The notes beneath the pieces were generated by a model. That model worked only from the letters and a program-made list of their open reading frames with translations. It made no database searches and was not told the origin of the DNA. The translations under genes were made by a program, and so were the position numbers. A stretch of 64,000 nt of DNA from contig JAAOMT010000521.1 in assembly GCA_016748015.1 (NCBI GenBank), positions 8,098-72,097 of the forward strand. Reading direction: 5' to 3'. The DNA is from Geosiphon pyriformis uo1 (taxonomy: Eukaryota > Fungi > Glomeromycota). Positions 36,747 through 47,589 of this stretch are shown piece by piece; position 1 is the first letter of the stretch; the number at the start of each line of letters is the position of its first letter.

Positions 36747-39700
36747 GTGGCAACAAAAACCCCTAATCTTACTGTTCTTGAATTCTGCCATGCTATTTAC
36801 ACACAAAATCAAAGTGATCTTGGATTACCAGAAGGGTGTTGTCCAGCAGAATCTGCCCTCACTTATTATATCAATGTCAGAATAAATTATCATATAGGAA
36901 AGGAAGAAGAACCACATGACGCAAAACTTGGATTGTATAGAGAATTATCACAATACACTACAAAAGAAGTAGCAGTAATAGCCGCAACTATTGTCAAAAT
37001 CCATCGAGAAATTGAGCAATACGCCAACAAAAATTTTCCAATATCCACAGGAAACACTAGGGAACACGCCAACAAAACCAAAAAAAATTTAGAAATTAAT
37101 CAGGAAAGTAACCAGCAAAAACTAGGAACACCAGCTCAAACACCAAAGAAAACTGTCATTCAATCAATAAAAAAACAACGTATTTATTCACCAGAAGATA
37201 AATCATACCATTTTTCACCAGAAAATAAGATACAAATTCCATTAGGAGCTGCATCATCATCAACATCAACTCCACAAACGCCAAAAACTCCTAGTTATAT
37301 TGATAAAATTAAACAACGTAACTGGGGAGACATATCAATTACAGGAGGATATTCATCACTATTCTAAAACCCTCTTTTTCAGCCAAAATTTAGAACGGAG
37401 TTTGAAAACCGTGAAGAGGAGTCTGAATCAGAATCCGAAAAAGAGACCAGCGAAAAAACAATCACAAGACCAGTCACTGGAACAAGCAGCCAGTCCAGAA
37501 ACCAAGAAACTTGTGATCAAAAAGAAGAACCGGATATAAGGAAAGCCACCTTTAGGAACACTCAAGGAAATATCATCCCACCTCCTCTTAGACCAATAAA
37601 CCCACCAGCAGAAAACGGCAACGAAATGACCACACCATACATTGCAAGACTAACAGATTTCTCAGGAGAGGAAGAAGAAACGGACGTGCACACATGGCTC
37701 AGAGAAGCACAAAAAGCCATCCAGGCAAATAACTGGAACGACCAAAGAGCAATTCAAACATTACCTTTCTTCCTGAAAGGCACAGCCGACTCGTGGTATC
37801 AAAGCCTGGAAACAAAACTCACAAGCTTCGCCAAATTTAAAAATGCACTCCTGAAGTATTTTAGCAACCCAAATGCCGTAATCCAACTACAAAATGAATT
37901 CAATACTATCAAGCAAAATACTGGTGAAACTGTCACCCAATACCTTGCTCGATTCAATTGAATTTGCCGTCAGATTGAAGCGATTGAACAAGGATACTAC
38001 ACTGATCCTCAGGTTTTAAATCAGTTTATTAGAGGATTAAAAAGCAGCATTTTAGGAAGAGTATGCCCTGCCCACTCTAATTCCTTACCAGAAGCCGTTA
38101 CGCTTGCCAGAGCCCTTGAATCAGCTGAGAAAGAAGCTAACCATAGTCAAATGGTTAACATGGTAATGGAGGAAAATAAGACAGAAACATTAGAGAAAAG
38201 AGTAACGTGATTAGGGGAGGAACTTTCTAAAAAAATAGAAAGTTACCTCATTCTGGATCCAAGAAAAAATACATACCAACCACCCCAAAAACGCAGCCAG
38301 GAAGTCAGCGACAGTCGAAATAATCGCTTGTCGTGCCAGGAATTCAGAACAGAAACACGCGCCTGCCATTTTTGCAAACGCGTAGAACATTTGATTAGTC
38401 AATGTCGAATGCGAATGATGCAGGAAGCACGCGAAAATAATTACTACACGCCATCCCAAATGCCCAGAAACCAGTACACGCCAATATCACGCCAATATCC
38501 CACCACGTATCAAAATCAAGAAGCTTACCAGCAACAGCCCATGATAGCCAATCTGAATTGGCGTCCCGAGGCCCGAAATCAGCCCATGTGGAACCAGAAC
38601 GCGTTGGTCCAGAGGAATCCAAATCATGCTGGAACCAATCAGCAAACCAATCCAAACTACCAAAATTATCAACAAACTTACCTTAATATACCGGAAAACC
38701 TGATCATCGGAAACAATGATGGTAGAAACATAAACAGAACCAAGAATTCCTCCAAATTGAGCCAGACAATACCACCAGCAGTTGCCACCGAAGATAGCAG
38801 CCTCACAGCTATTTTTCCTTTTGAATTAGAGGAAAACGAGGCTATGTTCAGTGGAGCAGCATTGGACGAAAAACGCCCAATCACTGCTATGTATACAGAA
38901 GCCACTGTAAACAATACCCCAATCAAATTTATCTTAGACAGCGGATCCGCTGGAAGCATCATAACGCTTCAACTAGTAAACCAACTGGGTTTCAAAGTTG
39001 ATCATGCCGTGACGTTCCAAATCATAACAGCTGATGGAAGTACAAAGCTGCCTTATGGCGAAATCGACTCATTCCCTTTCGAAATTAACAGCATAGTAAT
39101 ACCTACAAAAGTATTAGTAATGGACGCTACACAATATCAAGCGTTAGTAGGGAATGACTGGCTAACAAAAGCCAACGCCACCCTAGACTGGACCACCCAA
39201 GAGCTTCTGATCAATTATAATGGCCACCAGGCCAAAATTCCAGCCACCTGTGGCCACTTCCAAAAATCCAGCGCCAACCAAAGACCTACCTTCGAATTCG
39301 AGGAAAATCCAGCACTACCAGCCATCGAAACCTATCAGCTCTCTTGGGCTGATGACCAAAAAACAGGACTACCAGCCGTACCAACATGGACCAGCAAAGA
39401 AAGATCCGAATGGAACCAGGTAAGTTCATGAAGAAACCACCAGCGATGCAAACCAAAGCTAGAATGCTCAGTTTGCAAGAAGAAACTCTCGTCTATGACT
39501 GCGTGCAGCACATCAGACGAAGACCCAAGAAACCCCACCCACTACTATTGTAACCATTGTAACAAAGAAAAATACGGTTACCCAGAAAAACATGGAAAAT
39601 GGGACGAAGAACCGTGCCTCGCTTGTGGAGAACCATTACCAAGAGGGTGCGATTGGAATGACTTACCAGGCAGAGGAGGAATGTGTGACGCAACTTGCCA

Positions 39701-41003
39701 ATACACGATCTTCATCTGTGACTGGATAAGAAGAAGAATGCTGTTCGAAGCAGCGTTCAACAGAGCGTTAAAAAGACTACAGCACTACCCACATGACGAG
39801 GACGAGTTGTACAACACCACACAAGCCAAAGTAAGAGGAGGAACCGCCGAAGAAATACGACGTTGGAAAGAGTCAGCCGAAGTAGCCGACGAAGTCGCCA
39901 GCTACAACATGTTCGACCCAGTGGACGAATTCCAGGACTACTACCAACAACTATGTCCCACTTGACAAGAGCAAGAACAATACCTCGCCCAAATCAACAC
40001 TTACCTCTGCAAAAACTGTCTCATCCCGTGCCAAAGTCAGTGCTGTGAAGAGTGTCAAGACGAAAGGGACTTAGAAAAAAAAATGGAAATTGAGAATCAG
40101 CAGTCTCAAAATCAATCAATAAATCAACAAGACTCACCTGACAGTCCCGAGTCAGAAAAATTTGTAGCCTATACCGACCTAGAACAGGTGACCGACATCC
40201 GATACTTCGACAACGGGCACTTAGGAATAATACCCGAAAGAGCCCATCCAACCGACGCCGGATTCGATCTACGTTATCCGGAAGACCAATCCACAACGTT
40301 ACCACCCAGGAGCATCACCAAAATTGACCTAAAAATAGCGGTTGAAATTCCACCAGGAATAATGGTTCAAATGGCGTCGCAATCAAGCCTCGCGAAAAAA
40401 GGAATAAGCGTTCAAGGAGGAGTAATTGACTCCGGATACACTGGAAATTTGATGGTTTTGCTACAGAACAATTCAGAAAAGCCTTATACCATTGAATCTA
40501 AGGAAAAGATTGCACAAGCAATTTTCTTACCATTGGTAAAAATTGGGAAATTTGTGCCAGTGGAAAATCGTGAGGAATTGTCACAAACAACGAGAGGAAC
40601 TTTTGGTTTCGGATCGACAGGAAAAGGAATTGAAGCGAATTTCGCTGAAACAATAGAGGAAAAAGGCGAAGTAATTAAAAATGAGTGGTCCATCACGCTC
40701 CTACCATATGGAAAATCAGAAATAAGAATAAAAAGGACAATTAAAGAAAAAAACCTAATATTTGAGCCCTACCCAGAAACTTGCCAACAGTTTCTCATAG
40801 GACTTACTAACCTTTTTATTCCAGCTGATAAAGCTCAATGGATAAAAATTTCTATCGCAAACACCACAGAAGAACCCGTCTACATTCCGGAAGATACCAT
40901 TATTGGATACCTCGGAACGGAGCTAGAAAACGCGTCAACACCACAAAAAATTCTAAATTTCCCAGAAATCGCCCTCTACTGTGAACTCACTTCAACAAAT
41001 TAA
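36747..41003 (+). pseudogene. Element C single-frame polyprotein: gag (capsid, CCHC), aspartic protease, Cys-rich domain, dUTPase, pre-RT spacer
   Basis: ORFs 36747, 37626, 38328, 39495 and 40083 share one frame, with five internal stops and no frameshift. Motifs: CHFCKRVEHLISQC, ILDSGSAGSII, ALVGNDWL. Confidence 0.93.
40200..40625 (+). CDS. dut: dUTPase domain of the element C polyprotein
   Basis: All five trimeric dUTPase motifs: AGFDL, (R>Q)SSLA, GVIDSGYTG, IAQAI, RGTFGFGSTG. Confidence 0.95.
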
Positions 41004-41080
41004 TAACACAGTATTGAACCACTATAGTAACTTAGAATTTAATGAAGAAATTAACTTCGATTTCGACGGAGCTCAATCTT

Positions 41081-41095
41081 GAAAGGAGGGGATAA
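41081..41095 (+). promoter_or_regulatory. Polypurine tract of C
   Basis: GAAAGGAGGGGATAA immediately before the 3' LTR. Confidence 0.9.
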
Positions 41096-41884
41096 TGTTA
41101 CAGTTTAAGAATTTAGCAAAAAGAATCATAAAAATAATACAAACTATTCAATCATAATATAGCACAGTAATAATCTTAGAAAGGTAATGATTAACATAGT
41201 AGCAAACACCATCTCGCGATAGTGGCAAGCACCAGTTCACAATAGCAGCCAACACCAACTGGTGATAGCAGCAAGCACCAGGTTGAAATATCAAAAAGAA
41301 AGTATTTTCTTGTAGAACTACANNNNNNNNNNNNNNNNNNNNNNNNNNNNNNNNNNNNNNNNNNNNNNNNNNNNNNNNNNNNNNNNNNNNNNNNNNNNNN
41401 NNNNNNNNNNNNNNNNNNNNNNNNNNNNNNNNNNNNNNNNNNNNNNNNNNNNNNNNNNNNNNNNNNNNNNNNNNNNNNNNNNNNNNNNNNNNNNNNNNNN
41501 NNNNNNNNNNNNNNNNNNNNNNNNNNNNNNNNNNNNNNNNNNNNNNNNNNNNNNNNNNNNNNNNNNNNNNNNNNNNNNNNNNNNNNNNNNNNNNNNNNNN
41601 NNNNNNNNNNNNNNNNNNNNNNNNNNNNNNNNNNNNNNNNNNNNNNNNNNNNNNNNNNNNNNNNNNNNNGTGGGTAGATTTCAGTTCAGCCTCTGAGAAG
41701 GAGTACATAAACACACACAACAATCAAGAATTAAAGAATAACTTACATCGCAACAGTAAAAAAAAAGCCTTCAGTGTAACAGTGACATTATCACACAAAT
41801 AGAATTGAAGAACTCACGAAAGACTGATTGCAATTAAAGCGGGATATCAGCAATTAAATATAACAAGAGAACCATTCTGTAACA
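41096..41884 (+). repeat. 3' LTR of element C (contains N gap 41323-41669)
   Basis: Matches the 5' LTR on both sides of the gap. Confidence 0.95.
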
Positions 41885-41888
41885 GTGG

Positions 41889-42487
41889 TTTCTGAGCAGG
41901 ATCGGGTTCGTCTAGCTGGGATATATAAGAGGAAGTTGGCCCCTGTCGCTCGTCCGGTTTCTTTTGGTGGAAAGACGTGGGCCTAAGTGGCAGGCCGTTC
42001 TCCTTCTCGTGTTGTCTCTTCGGGTGCTCCTGGTATCGGTTTGGTCTCTGGTTCGAAGGCTTTCTCAATGGATTCCTCCTCGTCTGGTGCTGCTGATCTA
42101 GGTGGTCGCCTAGCTGTGCTGGAACGCTCCGTAAATATTCTCGCAGACCAAGTCTCACTCATTTTAAAGAAATTAAGTTTCGTTGACTTGGTGCTTTTGG
42201 CGCTTTTTTCCTCAGCTCTTCCTTTGGTGTTTCCAACTGCCATTGTTTCAAATATAGACTCAGGTTTGGATTTGGATAGCATGTTGTTGTCATCTGCCTC
42301 TTCTTCTCCCAATGTTGGTGGGTCGGTTGTTGATTTCAGTCCGAGCAGTTCTAAGGTTTTGACTGCCAAGATTGGCAGTTTGGAGTCAAATATAATGGCT
42401 CTTGAGGCTTCAGTTCGTTCGGTCTTGAATAGATTGGATCATCTGCGTTCTGGATCGGGTTCATTGGCCTTTCCTCCATCTCAATGA
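41889..42487 (+). pseudogene. LINE-b ORF1, C-terminal part (coiled-coil-like)
   Basis: The frame resumes RRVVSEQDRVRLAGIYK after removing C; RLAVLERSVNILADQVSLILKKL; ends PPSQ* overlapping the ORF2 ATG. Confidence 0.9.
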
Positions 42488-45400
42488 GTAGTTTGGTTTG
42501 GAAATTTGCTACATGCAACGTTTGGGGTATCAATGTTTCCGCGAAGCAAGCGGATGTTGTTCGTTGGCATGTGAGTTCAGGAAATATGGTTTCTTTTATT
42601 ACTGAGACTAAGTTGAGGTCCTCTTCTGGGCTGTGGTTAAAGGATAAATTTGATGGTGTGCGAATATTTTCTTCTGGCTTGGATAAGGGTTTTATGAGTG
42701 CTGGGGTTGCAATTGTTATGAACACTTCTTTGGCCCGTCATGTATCTAAGGTGGAGGAGATTCCTGGTCGGGTTATTTCTGTTCGGCTTCTGTTTAAGGG
42801 CAAGCTCTCAGTTACTGTTTTGGAGTTGTATGCTGGTGTCTCCTCTGGGGCTAGATTTGGTCAGGCTTCTGATGTTAACACCCTCATTGCAAAGACAGTC
42901 AACTCCAGCAATTTTGTTGTCTTGGGTGGAGACTTTAATGAGAATGAATCTGGTAGGAGTGCTAGTTTCAAGTTTTGTTTGAGTTTAGGTTTGGTCAATT
43001 CTTTTGTTGGTCATCATTTGGCTAATTCTTATACGTGGGGCAATTCGAGAGGGGTTGGGAAAACAATTGATTACATTTTTGTTGGTGGTAATTTGGCTAC
43101 TGCTGTTGCTGGCCATCAAGTTGTCTCTGTTTCAGATTTCTTTGACACCGATCACATGGCTGTTGTAATTTTAGTCAGTTTGGGTGGGCTTCTAGATATA
43201 CAATTGAACAGTTTGCGTAAGCAGGTGAATAAGGATCATTGGAAGTTCAAAATCAAGAATGCTGACTGTGTTGGATGGGCTAAGTTTAAGGATCTCTCAT
43301 CAGCTAAACTTTTGTCCTTGGGTGAAGTGTTCTCTGGTGCCGAAATACGTGGTAATGTGGATGCTATGTGGGCAGTTTTGGTGGGAGCTGTGGTGGATTC
43401 TGCTGATGTGACATTTTTGAGGCATTGGTTTAGTGAGTTCAAGTGTTCGAGAAACAAACATTCTTCTAGGTTTTTTGGTCTGGAATTGTTGGTGGCCAAG
43501 ATTGTCAAGAAATTTTGTTCTGGTGACTTGCTGGGCGCTGATCGTCTTGTGAGTAAATGGTCGACTCTGGATGACGCGAAGGCTTGTGCTTTCAAGGTCT
43601 TGGTTGGCTCGGGTGTTAAGTCTGATGTTGTTGTTAGACATTTGTCATTGGTTTGCAGAGATTACAGGAGGTCGAAGATGTTTAAGTCAAGGTTGGCTGA
43701 GGAAGCTTTGGTTAGGAAGGCAATTAAGAAGCGCATGGATAATTTCTGTTCGGATAAGGGTAGTATGATCAGGAGTGTGTTGGAAAAGCCTTTTCGCAAG
43801 GTCGTGTTGGATCACCTAATAGTTGATGATGATCTGGTTTTGTTGCCTGAAGAGGTGAAGTCCAGTATGGATAGAATAATGAAGGGGTGGATGAGGAAAC
43901 GCTCTGTACAGTCGGTGCTTCCTGGTCTTTGGGCTCGTCAGTATGCACCTTTGGACCATGTTCGGGATGATGCTTTTTCGGGTGTTATGAGTACAATCAG
44001 TATGGGCAAGTTACTTTCTGTTGTTGGTGGTCTTCCTGATGGCAAGGCTGCTGGTTTGTCTGGTGTTTCTAATGAGTTATGGAAACATGGTGGTGAGGTG
44101 GTTTTGGGGTGCCTGTTGGCGCTGTTTAATAAATGTTTGTCTGATGGTGTGGTGCCTGTTTTGTGGAAGAGGGCTTGGGTGTCAATGATTCCTAAGCCTT
44201 ATGACTGGGATGGAGTTCTTATGAACATTCAGCCCATTGCTTTGATTGAGACTGCCAGGAAGATTCTTTCCAAGATTCTGTCTGACTGTATTTCAATGGC
44301 TTGTAACAAGTTCAATGTTCTTCAGAGTGACAACTTTTCGGTGCTGAAGGGTACGTCAACACAATCTCCAGTGTTCGCTGTCGGTTCGGTAATTGAGAAT
44401 GCTATTGAGAAGGATAGGGAGTTGTGGTTGGTCTTGCAAGATATGTGGAAAGCTTACGATTCAGTTGGGTGGTATCATTTAAGAGCTAGTTTGTGGCGTG
44501 TCAAGATGTGTGAAAGGTTCATAAGGTTTTTTGGTGGTATTCATGAGGATAGAGTTAATAGGGTGATGACTGACTTTGGTTTGTCTGGTGGTTATAAGGT
44601 GCATGATGGGCTGGACCAGGGTGAGGTCTTTTCACCGCTTCTTTAGAGAATTTTTTATGATCCGCTTTTGTGTGAGGTTAAGAGGCATGAACAATTGTGT
44701 GGGTACCGGATTGATACTAAGTTTGTTTCCAAATCTGGCAGAATTGAGGGCGGTGGTGGTTTGACATCGTATTTTACAGCTGGCGCGTTTGTCGATGATA
44801 TGATCTGGGTTGGAAATTGTCAGGCTTCTACTCAATATGCTTTGAACATTGCCAGTGAATTTTTTGTGCTTAATGATATTTCTATCAATAGTGAGAAGAC
44901 GGTAGCTATTCCCATCAATCGGGGCGTTAAAGTTGCTTCACTGAACATTTGTGGTCAGCCAATTTCTATTGCCAAAAAAGGGGAAGCACATCGATATCTG
45001 GGTATTTTTCTGTCGACTGAAGGGCTCTCCAAGCCGAGTGTTGCCAAGGCTCATGCAGATGTACATTTCTTCGTCAATGTTGTGCTTAGGAAGGCTATTA
45101 CAGACAAACAATTCTTCTATCTGGTGTCGGCTGTTTTGCAGCCTATTGTTGGCTATCATACTCAGTTCAGTTTTGTCTCATCTAATGTTTGCCGCAAGTG
45201 AGATGCCTTGGTTAGAAAGGGTCTTAGGTTCAAGGCTTGTCTCCCCCGCGATTTTCCTGATGCTGCTTTGCATCATCCCTCATTGTATGGCTTAAAGCCT
45301 TTTGAGCAGGTGCAGTCAGAAGGGAAAGTTGCTGCTTTGATGACATTCTCTAATGCCTCTGGCATTCTTGGGCGCTTGTTTAGACATAGGTTTTTGGACC

Positions 45401-47170
45401 TACAGGTTCTTGGTTGGGCTCCTTTGGATCCTTTGCAGTTTCCAGTCAGGTTGTGTGTTAGTCCGGTGAACAATTTTTTGGCTGGGATGGTGAAGATCTT
45501 TCTGGGCAATGCGCTTACTTTGGTGAACAACCTCCCTACTGCATTTCATAGTCCTGGTCAGTTCCCATTGTCCTCTGTTCTTGGAAAGTCTCTGTATTTT
45601 GATTCGGTCAAATCTCTTAAATGTTTTGGTGTCGCTTTTGGTGATCGGCTTTTTGATAAGAAAGGTGTTTTGTTTGATTGGAAAACTTTTCGTCATTGGA
45701 AGAGGTTGGATTCGCGTGGCCCTGTGCCTCACTGGTTCATGGTTTCTTCTGAGTTTTTGAAGGGTCAGATGTACTCATTTTACGGTTCTGTTGGCTCTGC
45801 GAACAAGCTTGGTTTGGACATTTTGGGGTCTAGGGAATTTTCTGCGGTTAAAGATAGATTGTATGACATTTGGTCAGGCTTTTTTGAAGTTTTCATGGAT
45901 GGGTCTTTGAGAAATGCAGGCTCTGCTAAGGTCGCCTGTGGTGCTGCTGCATACTTTCCGGTCTTGGATAAGAGTATTGGTGTCGCTGTTCGTGGTCTTG
46001 TGTCATCTACTATGGCCGAGTTACAGGCTGTCGCTTTGGCTTTGAAGTGTGTTCCTTCTTCAAGTACTGTGATGTTACATCTTGACAGCCAGGCTGCCAT
46101 TTACGCATGTGTGTCTGAAATGTCTTTGGTTGCCCCTGATTTCCATAATTAATGCTGGCTGGAAAGGCATCATATTTTCAATTTGGTCAGGGATAAAAGA
46201 TCTTAGTGTGAGTTGTGTTAAGGTAAAAGGCCACTCTGGGATTCCTGGTAATGTGAGAGCTGACTTGGCTGCTGGGGCTGCTTCTGGGTCTCCCTTTTCT
46301 CTTTGTGCCGATGTGCGTGAACATTTTTTGGTTGCTGAGGGTATCGCTGTTTCTGGTAATGCCTGTCATTTTGTAAAGAATATTTTTCGATCAATTTGTT
46401 GTGCTCGTTGGGAAGCTGGGGCTGGCTGTGATGTTGTTCCGGATGCGATGATTGGTTGCATAGACTGAGTTGTCACGGCAAAGGTGTGGCATCCTGATTC
46501 TCATATGCTTGCTGGGTTCACTAGCCGCGCATCCTCAATGCTTCGCACTTATATTATGAAGGCTGTGCACAGGAGGTTGCCGGTGGCTGTAAGGAAGAGA
46601 TTGTATGATAAGTGCTACCCTAGTGTGTTGTGTTTGTTTTGCGGTGAGGTGGAGTTCTCTAACCACATTTTTACTTGTGTTCATGAGTCTGGCATTCGTA
46701 GTAAAATTTTGGTGGAGGCTTCTGCCCATTGGTCAGCTCTGGCTGGTGGTTCCCCTGCTTCTGCTGTGTTGCGGGTTTTATCTCAATGTTCCAGTGATGT
46801 TGGGCTGTACACTTTGGTGTGCAAGGAGTTTGTGCTGGAGAAGTGGTATAAGGAGGCTTGCGATGTTTTTGAGGAAAAAAAGGTGGCCATTGCTCGGATT
46901 GTTGATTATGTCAGGTTCGTTGTTGGATTACATCATGCTAAAGTGTGGTTGTCTAGAGCCAGCCACCGGGTGGTAATGGAGAAGACTGGTTTGGTCTGTG
47001 ATGTTGGCGTTGTTTCTGGGCTCCCTTGTGGTATGTCTTCGGTTTTGTCTGACGGTGTTGTAAGATTGCTTGGTTTGGCCGATTCTTTTGCTGTTAGCTT
47101 TGGTCATCAGAAGCCTTATTGTTTCTTTTCTGGTCTGAGTGGCAGTGCGCGGGTAGTTATAGATGTGTAG
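42484..47170 (+). pseudogene. LINE-b ORF2: APE endonuclease, RT, RNase H, CCHC finger
   Basis: ATCNV.GIN, ITETKL, GGDFN, TIDYIF, TDH; PIALIETARKILSK, QDMWKAYDSV, GLDQGEVFSPLL, FVDD, YLG; MDGS, AELQA, LDSQAA, KVKGHSGIPGNVRAD; CLFCGEVEFSNHIFTC. Four nonsense transitions and one +1 frameshift near 46195. Confidence 0.96.
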
Positions 47171-47589
47171 TGTTGCCTTGTCTGGCCTGAGTGGTTAGCC
47201 ACATGTAGAAAGTGCGTGAGTCGCGTTTAGTTTGAGCCTCTTAGTTTGGTTCTATATACTAGATAGCGATTGGGCTGCACTCATTAAATGGTTTTAAAAA
47301 AAAAAAAAAATATTAATAGATAAGTAAAAATTAATTGAAATAAAATATTAAATGAGAATAATAAGATATTTATTATTAATGTAAAATTTGGAAAATAGAT
47401 TTTAATTAAAAGTAGTAAAAAAAATATTAAATTTATGCTATTTAATTTAGCTTAATTTTTTTATTATTATTGCTTTACAAATAAGGTCCAAATACTACCT
47501 AATACTATACATCAAAGAAATAATTTAAACTAGGCATGAATCATGCATTTTCCACATGTGACCAGTCACTCGGGCTGATCAGAACAACA

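Larger units (their letters stand above)
35836..41884 (+). mobile_element. Ty3/gypsy element C: young and non-autonomous (gag-PR-CysRich-dUTPase; no RT, RH or IN)
   Basis: Perfect TSD GTGG (35832-35835, 41885-41888); LTRs 35836-36664 and 41096-41884 with 11 differences in 442 alignable bp; PBS and PPT intact. Confidence 0.96.
34343..47310 (+). mobile_element. LINE-b: young full-length non-LTR retrotransposon (~6.9 kb net), interrupted by LTR element C
   Basis: Sharp GC rise near 34354; A15 tail at 47296-47310; candidate TSD AATATTAATA at 34333-34342 and 47309-47318; few disablements. Confidence 0.96.

Noticed and set aside
40083-41003. Stand-alone host or viral dUTPase gene
   Set aside because: It is in frame with gag-PR, lies between the LTRs, and has positional homologues in A and B.
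41847-46729. Many minus-strand ORFs over LINE-b (e.g. 41983-42369, 43236-43595, 45780-46100)
   Set aside because: Shadow ORFs of a G/T-biased coding strand; no motifs and not preserved in LINE-a or LINE-c.
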